Origin: Schizochytrium sp. TIO01
Lineage: Eukaryota; Protista; Bigyra: Labyrinthulomycetes
Reading direction: 5' to 3'
NCBI GenBank assembly: GCA_004764695.1
Contig: SMSO01000034.1
Location: 1,798,001-1,862,000, forward strand
Length of the DNA: 64,000 nt
Part shown: positions 1 through 8,725 of the stretch, piece after piece
How the letters are laid out: each line of letters begins with the position of its first letter
How positions within the stretch are numbered: the first letter of the stretch is position 1
Translations under genes and position numbers: made by a program
The notes under the pieces: model-generated
The model's database searches: none
Seen by the model: only the letters and a program-made list of their open reading frames with translations
What the model was told of the DNA's origin: nothing

Positions 1-633
1 GAATATTATACAGAAAGTAAAATAAATGCAATCTGCAAGACGCATTCTCGAAAAGTTTAAAGAAAGTCATTTTTCTTTTTGAGAAATCATTCGTACTATT
101 CCCCTTTTCTCATATTTAGTAAGTCAATCTTATTCTTCTTGTGCGTTTCTGTGCCCATTTACTTTCCATTGGGAGATCTTCGAGATGAGTTGCCAGGTTG
201 GTAATATCAGCCTGTGAATCGAGGGTCTCGTTGGAATATAACTATCCTCATTATTATTCTTTCAAAGAGAATATTCGGGTTGGCAAAGTGTATCTTTATC
301 ACAATGACCAGATTCACCCTCTTTCTTATTGACCGAAGCTCCTTTTCAGCGAGGAGAGCATACACGCCTACCTAATAGTGAGTTCTGGGAACCTTGAACC
401 TTGAACCAAAGAAAACATTCGTAACTGTCAAACATCTAGTTGCAGAAGTAGGGGCTAGTACCTAGCTTCTCAGCTTCGAGACGACTCTGGACACTATCTT
501 GCTAGTGAAAGGCGATGCTGGGCCTTTTACAGAAACGCTTCGTGCCGATTGTGTATCGGCCCTTCGTGTAAACTCCAAGCCAATGATCGAACATGCAGCT
601 TGATAGACTGGCTAATAAGGTGGCTCGACCAAA

Positions 634-701
634 TGATTGATGGTGATAAATGGTTGATTGATGGTGATAAATGGTTGATTGATGGTGATAAATGGTTGAT
701 T
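634..701. repeat. 21-bp tandem repeat (TGATTGATGGTGATAAATGGT) x3.2
   Basis: Exact units at 634, 655 and 676 plus a partial unit; explains the INHLSPS repeat in ORF 527..724. Confidence 0.9.
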
Positions 702-1647
702 TTGCTGTGAGCTTTACCCCCCAACTACAAATAAGTGCAGGGGATTTATTCCTAAAAATGAAAACAAAATGTTTTCGTGCTTGGTGGGATTAAAAATATC
801 ATCATCGGGGTATGTGCCTTTGTGCAAGCACATGCCTACTCCAAATTTCCCCGTTCATTATTCTATGGGAGTAATAAGTAGTGTCCCTACAAACTGAGCC
901 TGTGCTTCCGAGCACATAAATTTGATCGCGGACCCACTACATTAAAAAACCTTTACTTCTGCAGTACTTTAGAAATTGAATATAGGTTGCCTTGAATGAA
1001 AAAGGACAAGGCGCAAGAATTCTCGTCCATCCAAGTATGCGGGTTGAGCAAAACTTGTGCACAATCGGAAATCATCACACACCTTTACTAACATGTTCAC
1101 TAACTACAAAGCATTGGGTTCGAGATAAGGTCAGACCATTTGATCCTTGGCTCTCTCTTTGATCCTCCCTCTCATCCTCGAATATTTCTCCATCTATCAT
1201 TTTTCTTCTTCTTCTTATTTTCTTCTGAAGAAAGTAGAAAACAGAGAGCCTTGATTGCCATGATGGCAATTCTGGGGCTTCTCCTCTTCTCTAATCATCA
1301 TGCGATTCACAGCAGCAGCAGAAGCAGTATTAGCGTTCGTACTCCAGCTAGAGTATCAGTCGCATCCAGGGGTCAGATTTTCTCCCAAGGTAACAAAGGG
1401 AACGTTATTGAGTTCATCTGCCTTGGGCCAACCGACTTCCGCGTGTCATTCGAAGTACAGGTTCAATGCCCGTGGCTGCGGATTATTTTTCCCTCTCCGC
1501 CGCCGACAGGTGTGCTACCCAGCCTCCTACCTTTATCCCTAGTCCCCCTAGCGCTGTCTGTCTGCCTGTCAGTCTGTGTGGGCTCCTCATTCATGTTCAC
1601 GTTTCGTTGGAGTTTCCTGCGAACTTCGGCCGCTGACTGGTCTTCCC

Positions 1648-1650
<3 letters not shown>

Positions 1651-1684
<34 letters not shown>
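1651..1684. repeat. (GA)17 microsatellite
   Basis: Direct reading. Confidence 0.95.
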
Positions 1685-1686
<2 letters not shown>

Positions 1687-1749
1687 CTCTGCTCACAGTA
1701 TCGAACGCCAGTATCGAACAGACGCGAAGAAGTTTGAGGAAAGCAAATG

Positions 1750-2046
1750 GAACGAATGAATGAATGAACAAATAAATGAATAAATGAATGAATGATGAAA
1801 TGATGAAATGATGAAATGAACGAATGAATGAATGAATGAATGAATAAATGAATGAATGAATGTTAATAAATAAACAAATAAATGAATGAATGAATGAATG
1901 AATGAATGAGTGATGAAATGAATGAGTGAATAAATGAATGAATGTTAATAAATAAACAAATAAATGAATAAATGAATGAATAAATGAATGAATAAATGAA
2001 CGAATGAATGAATGAATGAATGAATGAATGAATGAATGAATGAATG
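1750..2046. repeat. Degenerate (GAAT/AAAT)n microsatellite array with internal higher-order duplication
   Basis: About 300 bp of GAAT/AAAT units; the block GAATGTTAATAAATAAACAAATAAATGAAT occurs twice (~1858 and ~1940). Confidence 0.95.
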
Positions 2047-2118
2047 ACCAATCTCCTACTGCTATAGTTTAACTTATATGGTGCTACTCTTCGCAGTCAT
2101 CCCTCATATCTATGATGG

Positions 2119-2186
2119 ATGATATGATATGATATGATATGATTGATTGATTGATTGATTGATTGATCGATCGATCGATCAATTGA
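2119..2186. repeat. Compound microsatellite (GATAT)n-(GATT)n-(GATC)n
   Basis: Direct reading; the unit changes stepwise along the tract. Confidence 0.9.
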
Positions 2187-2189
2187 TTC

Positions 2190-2254
2190 TATGGCGCCCG
2201 AGAGAGCGAAGGAGACAGGCGCCGGGCCGCAGAGAGAGCCCCCTGGCTGGCTGG

Positions 2255-2287
<33 letters not shown>

Positions 2288-3204
2288 GGCCACGGGCCTC
2301 TGACCTCGCAGTCTGGGCTCCATTGCTGCGTGAGACTCACATTGATTGATTGACTGGCGCTGCCGTTGGTCTCTCGTGCGTTCCAGCTACAACTACAGAC
2401 AAATAGCGACACCCATACGGCGTTGTATGTAGTAATGGCCCCAGTTCTGTGGCCCCTGGCGGGCTTTATACAACGCATACGAGTCTGAGAGGCGCTCAGG
2501 GGTAGTTTGTATGTAAACGTGGGGCGAGCCGGCGCAAGCGGATTCCCCGCGCTTAAACTTGTATGAGAGTGCGCAGAGCAAGTTCTGCAATGAGGGCACG
2601 AAGAAAGGCGCCAAGAACGTCGATAAGTCGTTGGCGTCCTGCTGCTGCTGCCTTGGAGCATGCACGGCGTCGGGCACTCGCAGGCAGGCAGCAGGCGGCG
2701 CGAGGCACCTGGCTGGCCGGCTGGCTGGCTGGCTAGGTGCCCAGGCCTGGGCCGGAGGCTCCGGTCGCGGTCTCGACGGAGAGGAGGAGACCACTCACTC
2801 ATCCGTGTTGTTTATTGGAGGCGGAGAGAGCGCTTCGATTGATTGGTTTGTTCGTTTGTTTGTGTGTTTGGCGTACTATAGAGCAAAGGCGGCGCAAGTA
2901 GAGCAAAGGAAAGTTCGATAGTGGGCTATACAGTAGAGTATAGGGAGACCTCTAACCATCACTCACTCACTCATTGATTGAGTCAGTCAGTCAGTCAGTC
3001 AATAGCAAAGCCCAAACCATCCGTCGAGGAGCGACCGCCTCGAGTTTTTAGATTGCGTGGCGCGTCCTGCGTGGCTGTGTGTGTTGCTGTCGCGCGTGCG
3101 GTCCCCGTTGCCCCGATCGCGACGACTGTCTCCTCTCCTTTTCGCTGTAGTTGCCGGGAAGCGAAGTAGCAGTAGTTGTAGCAGGTCGAAGGCCGCCATC
3201 CACC
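2190..3204 (+). promoter_or_regulatory. Putative promoter/5' UTR of the ABCF2 gene (GC/CpG-rich, with GGCT, ACTC and CAGT tracts)
   Basis: Position immediately upstream of the ATG; GC-rich and punctuated by tetranucleotide tracts; pyrimidine tract plus TAG at ~3130-3150 could be a 5' UTR splice acceptor. TSS cannot be determined from sequence. Confidence 0.5.
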
Positions 3205-5388
3205 ATGGGCAAGAAGGGCAAGTACGCTGACGCTCCCAAGAGCGAGAAGTCCAAGAAGAAGGAAAAGAAGACGGTCTCCAAGAAGAACGATGAGGCCAAG
3301 CTGGCTGCCGCCGAGGAGGCTGCTGCCGCCGCTCGTCTCGGTCGCCCCGTGCCCGAGATGTACCCGGACATCATTGCCACCTACGGTACCAACGAGAAGA
3401 AAATTCAGGCGACGGCCAAGCAAATCCTCGTGGAGAACCTCACCGTTCTCTACCACGGTCACGAGCTGGTGCGCGACTCCACCTTGACTCTGTCCTGGGG
3501 TAACCGCTACGGTCTCGTGGCACGTAACGGTGAGGGTAAAACCACTCTTCTCCGTGCTCTCGCTAGTGGCATCATTCCCAGGCCTGCGAACATCGATGTG
3601 TACACGGTGGAGCGCGGCATGGACAAGACTGACAAGACTGCTCTTGAGGCCGTGCTTGAGGTAGATCAGGAGAAGCAGGAGCTCGAGGCAGAGGCTGACA
3701 GACTCACCGACATGCTCGGTGACGAGAGCCTCTCTGACGAGGAGCAGACCGCCCTCAGTGATGAGCTCAGCGACATTTACGAGCGTCTTGATGACCTTGG
3801 AGCGGCCACTGCCGAGGCTCGCGCAGCCAGTATCCTGAACGGTCTTGGTTTCACAAAGGAGATGCAGGCAAAGAAGACCAAGGACTTCTCCGGTGGTTGG
3901 CTCATGCGTATCTCTCTTGCCAAGGCTTTGTACCTGAACCCGAGCTTCCTCATTCTTGATGAGCCCACCAACCATCTTGATATGGGTGCCGTCGTGTGGC
4001 TCGAGCAGTACCTCAAGACCTTCAACCGTATTCTGCTTTTGGTTTCCCACTCTCAGGATTTCATGAACGGAGTGTGTACCAACATGATCCTCCTCAGAAA
4101 CCGCCAGCTCGAGTACTACGGTGGTAACTACGACTCCTACGTGAGAACTCGCTCCGAAAAGGAGGTCCGTCAGCAGAAGCAGTACGAGTCTGAGCAGGCC
4201 CAGATCGCGGACATGAAGAACTACATTGCTCGCTTCGGTCACGGTTCTGCAAAGCTCGCTAAGCAGGCTCAGTCCAAGGAGAAGACGCTTGAGAAGATGA
4301 TGCGCAGTGGTCTCACCGAGGCTGTCAAGGACGAGAAGCGCCTTAAGATTAAGTTCTACCCGTGTGGAAAGCTCCCGCCCCCCGTTTTGCAGCTTCAGGA
4401 GGTCGAGTTTGGATACCCTGGCTGTGAGGCCCTCTACTCTGGCGTCGATCGCGGTTTGGACTGTGACTCTCGCGTCTGTCTGGTGGGTCCTAACGGTTGC
4501 GGTAAGTCCACTCTCTGTAAGCTTCTTATGGGAGACCTCGTGCCCACTGACGGTATGGTGCGTCGTCATCACCACCTCAAGATTGCTTCATACCAGCAGC
4601 ACACCGTCGATCAGTTGCCCTTTGACAAGACCCCGCTCGAATACATGCACGAGTCCTTCCCCAAGGATATCGTCACTGGCGAGGTCAACGCCATCGAGAA
4701 GATCCGCAGCATGGTTGGTCGCTTTGGTATCACCGGTGCTGCCCAGTCCATGAAGATCTCCCAGCTCTCTGACGGTCAGCGCTCGCGTCTGGTGTTCGCA
4801 TATATCGCCGAGCAGCGCCCTAACTTTATCTTCTTCGATGAGCCTACCAACAACATTGACATGGAGACTATCGATTCATTGGCTGAGGCTATCAACGCTT
4901 TCGAGGGTGGTGTCTGCGTCGTTTCGCACGATATCCGTCTCATTTCTCAGATTGCCGAGGAGATTTGGCTCGTGGAGAACGGCGAGGTCATCACCTTCCC
5001 TGGCGACATTGCTGCCTTCAAGAAGATGTTGGAGAAGCAGGTCGAGGAGACCGGCTCTGCCAGCAACAGCAACGTCCTTAAGGGTGACAGTTCTGTGGCC
5101 AAGAAGAACGTTGAGGCTGCGCCCAAGGCTGCCCCGAAGCCGGAGGTGTCCATCTCTGTGGCCAAGCCCAACTCTGCACCCAAGCCGAGCTCTGAGGCTC
5201 CCCCTCCCGCCTTCGAGGGCCTCCAGCCGCTCAAGAAGAAGGACGACGATGAGTTCAAGCTCCAGCCTCTGGCTGCTGAGGACAAGAAGGCCGTCGTAAG
5301 CGCTGCTTCTGCCGAGGACAACGAGGACTCTGGCAAGAAGACCTCCTCCCTCGAGGCCCTTCTTCGTGCCCAGGAGCAAGGTCTCTAA
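3205..5388 (+). CDS. ABCF2: ABC-F family soluble ATPase, ABCF2/Arb1 type (727 aa), ribosome-associated
   Basis: Two NBDs and no TM helices: Walker A ARNGEGKTT and GPNGCGKST; signatures FSGGW and LSDGQ; Walker B LILDEPTNHLD and IFFDEPTNNID; H-loops VSH. Linker YIARFGHGSAKLAKQAQSKEKTLEKM is typical of ABCF2. Lys-rich N-terminus. ATG in CACCATGG context (ORF-track start at 3151 is an upstream TTG). Strong codon bias. Confidence 0.95.
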   Translation: MGKKGKYADAPKSEKSKKKEKKTVSKKNDEAKLAAAEEAAAAARLGRPVPEMYPDIIATYGTNEKKIQATAKQILVENLTVLYHGHELVRDSTLTLSWGNRYGLVARNGEGKTTLLRALASGIIPRPANIDVYTVERGMDKTDKTALEAVLEVDQEKQELEAEADRLTDMLGDESLSDEEQTALSDELSDIYERLDDLGAATAEARAASILNGLGFTKEMQAKKTKDFSGGWLMRISLAKALYLNPSFLILDEPTNHLDMGAVVWLEQYLKTFNRILLLVSHSQDFMNGVCTNMILLRNRQLEYYGGNYDSYVRTRSEKEVRQQKQYESEQAQIADMKNYIARFGHGSAKLAKQAQSKEKTLEKMMRSGLTEAVKDEKRLKIKFYPCGKLPPPVLQLQEVEFGYPGCEALYSGVDRGLDCDSRVCLVGPNGCGKSTLCKLLMGDLVPTDGMVRRHHHLKIASYQQHTVDQLPFDKTPLEYMHESFPKDIVTGEVNAIEKIRSMVGRFGITGAAQSMKISQLSDGQRSRLVFAYIAEQRPNFIFFDEPTNNIDMETIDSLAEAINAFEGGVCVVSHDIRLISQIAEEIWLVENGEVITFPGDIAAFKKMLEKQVEETGSASNSNVLKGDSSVAKKNVEAAPKAAPKPEVSISVAKPNSAPKPSSEAPPPAFEGLQPLKKKDDDEFKLQPLAAEDKKAVVSAASAEDNEDSGKKTSSLEALLRAQEQGL

Positions 5389-6878
5389 GCAAGCAAGTTA
5401 ATCAATCACTCATGCAAAAACACGAAGAACCAACACGATCAACATCAACAACAGGAATAAAAACAAAAATATGAACTAGAGAGTCATACCTGGCAAAAGC
5501 TGCTGCACAAAAAATGCTCGCTCGCTTGCTCACTCGCTTGCATGTCTAGTTTTTATTATTATTGTTTTTGGCTCGTGTTTGTATGCTATTATTAGCTTCT
5601 GCTCGTCCCATCATTTGTTTCCTTCTCCTCCTCACTGTTTGCATCTTCCTTACGAATTTGGAAACTTTCAGTACATGTGCGCTCAGCGCGGTTGCTACAC
5701 ACGAGGATTGGGAAGCTAAAATTCGAAACTCATGGCGTCAAAACTTCTTGACAACAACAAAGTTTGTTCGATTTGGCGCATGACACCTACGCACCCTCTG
5801 CTCTCCTTCGAGCCTGAATTGCAGTGACGCAACACAGGCACTTATCACATATCATTCAACCTTTTACCACAAATACAAACATATACTTTCTAAAAGATAA
5901 TGAAAATCCTGAAAAGAGTTAGTTCAATGCGTTTGTTACATTTATGTATCGAGTGAGTACCCTGTTGCACCTGTCTGTTCTCATCTTTGAGTTTCAGTTT
6001 TCATGCTTCTGTTCAAGAATTGACATGTTTTTTAAACAGGTATTTTGCGCTGTTGACTCCCTGAACAGGTTTGTTGTTTTGTCCATCTTAATTTCTTACA
6101 ATATTCTGAGCTTTTCTTGAACATGATTCATTTTAATTAAAAATAGCTTCGCTTTTACCACCACCACCTAATCCTAAACCAGGTTCCTTTTGTGCACACC
6201 ATGTGCATGTAATAAGAGTTCCTCATTTGCATACATTTGTGTATGATAGCTACAGCAATTCCTACCTACCCCTGCTCAAAGACTTGCAAACTATCGGACC
6301 ACTTTGTCTAAAAAAACATAAACCGATAATGATCAAAGGTTGCCGGTGGTGCCCTCCACTGCTTCTTCGTGGTCGAGGTAAGCCTGACATGGTACTTAAA
6401 GTTTGAGCATGCTAATCACCACCTCACGGAAACCTCGCGCTTTCTCTCGTCGCTGCACTGCATACGTGGAGGTCATCAGCAGCAGCTCAACGTGAAAGGG
6501 ACAGAGTTACCCGGTAATACGTAACGACTCGCCGCCCAGAAAACCCGATCCCTACGATAGCTCCTAGTACGTACTTAGGCCTATCTATAGTCCTAGTTAC
6601 GAGCAAAGATTGATTAGCAGAACAACGCAAAAGCAGAAACTCTCAATCGTGCGACCAATTCGTCGACCCATTCATTGATTGATTGATTCATTCCGGAATT
6701 GAGGTGGAGGAGGCGGAGATTGGCTCCACTCCTGTCTACCTCACTACGTCGGAGTCCGCTGCGCCAGTGGAGTGGCTCCTGCTTCTCCTGCTGCGTCGTG
6801 GAAGGATATTCCTCACCGTTGGTTGATTGATTGGACAGTTGACTGGGGAGAGGAAAACTTTGGACTCCGTTAAGCGAT

Positions 6879-8078
6879 ATGAATCGGAGCGTGGAGCGTA
6901 AACGGCGAGTGGCGGCTGCACCCTTGTCGCGAAAGCGTGTTGCAAAGAGCAGCGTTTTTGAGCGTGAACTACGCTCAAACACCGAGGGCAATAAAAATGC
7001 TCGCGTCTCAGACCACGCAGTGGATGTGTGCCTAGCTCGCCTCAAGCAGCTCGACGAAGAGGATCTCTTCGGCGCCAGCAGCGACTCTGATGGAGAAAAT
7101 TGTGCTGAGCGGTCAAACCTAAGTCCTCCTCGAAGAAATTCTGTGCTTGCCTTAAAATGCACTCCAAATTCACCACCATTGAGGATTTCCTCGCGTCGTC
7201 GTCAAAGTGAAGGAGGTGCACTGCGGGCGACGAAAAGCCGTCAAAGGTCAGAGCGTGCCGAGAAGAACTCGAATGAGACAAGGCAATTCGATGCTCAACT
7301 TCGGGAAATAGTTAAGGCGCTCGAGGATCTTGCTTGGAATTCCAGTGATGAAGCAGAGGTGGAGGCGAAGGAGAATAATGATTCAAGGTTTTGGTCAGAT
7401 CCCATGCCAAACAGACGAGAATCTGCCATGACGTGGCCCACAAATAAAACTCGTGAAAATCCATCACGCTTGCCATCAGCACGATTGGAAAGGTGGAGTG
7501 TGGATTCCGTCGATAGTGAGGACATGGAGTCAAGTACTAAATCAGTGTGTGCACGACCCCACGAGGTGTCCACACTAGAACGCTCAGTGAAAAATGAAGC
7601 CACTGTAATTATAGACGACGGGACATTTATGTCGTGGGATGATTATCATGGAGGTGGATTCTTTGAAACAAAAGAAGCTGATGACTCTGAGGAAGCTAAG
7701 AATGAAGGAGGTTCGCATGAAGAAGAGAAAAATGGGTCTGGTACAACTTCTTCATCAGCTGAAACGACCACAGACTCCAACACAAGAGCAAATGCGTCAA
7801 CAACTGCGGCTACTACATCATCATCAACAGCGTCGTCGTCGTCGTCGTCTTCTTCTAACTCATCTGCAACGTCACAGCCTAGTGCATTTGTAGCTAGCAC
7901 AGATGATGCTCGCGTTTCTGTCGGCGAGAACCAGAATCTAGTTCACGCCCAGCGTACTGCATCACAACAAATTCGGCGTCGCTTGAGGCGCGAGCAGATA
8001 CGCAAAAGGCGGTTGAATCGTCCTCTCGCATTTGTACAAGAGCCAGCATTAGAAGACTGCCCTTGCGTGATTTTGTAA
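6879..8078 (+). CDS. Hypothetical low-complexity protein (399 aa) with basic NLS-like patches and a C-terminal CaaX box (EDCPCVIL*)
   Basis: 1.2-kb ATG-initiated ORF without microsatellite origin; Ser/Glu/Arg-rich; KRRV..RKRV at N-terminus; RRRLRREQIRKRRLNR before a terminal CVIL. No domain recognised. Confidence 0.8.
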   Translation: MNRSVERKRRVAAAPLSRKRVAKSSVFERELRSNTEGNKNARVSDHAVDVCLARLKQLDEEDLFGASSDSDGENCAERSNLSPPRRNSVLALKCTPNSPPLRISSRRRQSEGGALRATKSRQRSERAEKNSNETRQFDAQLREIVKALEDLAWNSSDEAEVEAKENNDSRFWSDPMPNRRESAMTWPTNKTRENPSRLPSARLERWSVDSVDSEDMESSTKSVCARPHEVSTLERSVKNEATVIIDDGTFMSWDDYHGGGFFETKEADDSEEAKNEGGSHEEEKNGSGTTSSSAETTTDSNTRANASTTAATTSSSTASSSSSSSSNSSATSQPSAFVASTDDARVSVGENQNLVHAQRTASQQIRRRLRREQIRKRRLNRPLAFVQEPALEDCPCVIL

Positions 8079-8725
8079 GCCATATGTATTTGACCGGGAC
8101 TTCTGAATGCCCCTTATCTATTCCAAAAAAGAGAATCATTTATCATTTAACCTTGTCCTGTGTGCTCGGCCACATTCAAAATCCCATCTGCTTGCGGGTG
8201 CTTGCTTTGTGAAAGCATTCGCAATGTGATCCCTTTATTTAAAGAAAGAGACGCTTACTCTATTGTATAAAAGCAGCAAAGTCGTAAAGAAAGATAGTGC
8301 TGGGCCAAACTAAAAGGATTTCATATACTAGAATTTTTATGAAGACAGCTACCTGCTCATTTTATGTAGTTGTGGATTTCTCTAAGCTAGGGTCAAGACC
8401 CTTTGTGACAGGTATAGTACCAAGAAAAGAATTGTCTTCAAACACAAGTTTTAAGTTTTAACTTTTATTTTTGCAATTTATATGGTTGATCGATATTTGT
8501 GGGCGTGTGTATCATACATGCGGTCAGGTGAGTTGATTGATACAGACAGAGGACATTTAACATGTGCGAAACAAAGAGCCTCGAGATGCTGATCGGTTAT
8601 AGGACTACACGCGCGACCCAGTATTGCATTTGTAGTATTCATGGAGGGTTTTCTATGCAAATGCGCGGTAGTCTTTAATATATATAATGTCCCCTGAGAG
8701 ATTGGTCTGTGTACGAGTTGTAAAT

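Noticed and set aside
160-335. Protein-like fragments near the window start (and at 34814-35117 on the minus strand)
   Set aside because: Interrupted by stops or frameshifts and unassignable without a search.
1140-1763. 207-aa ORF
   Set aside because: Non-ATG start, includes (GA)n and GAAT tracts, no recognisable domain.
3151-3204. N-terminal extension of ABCF2 given by the ORF track
   Set aside because: Starts at TTG; the ATG at 3205 has good context and a typical Lys-rich start.
2995-4575. 526-aa minus-strand ORF and other ORFs overlapping ABCF2
   Set aside because: Antisense or alternate-frame shadows of a codon-biased gene; no motifs.
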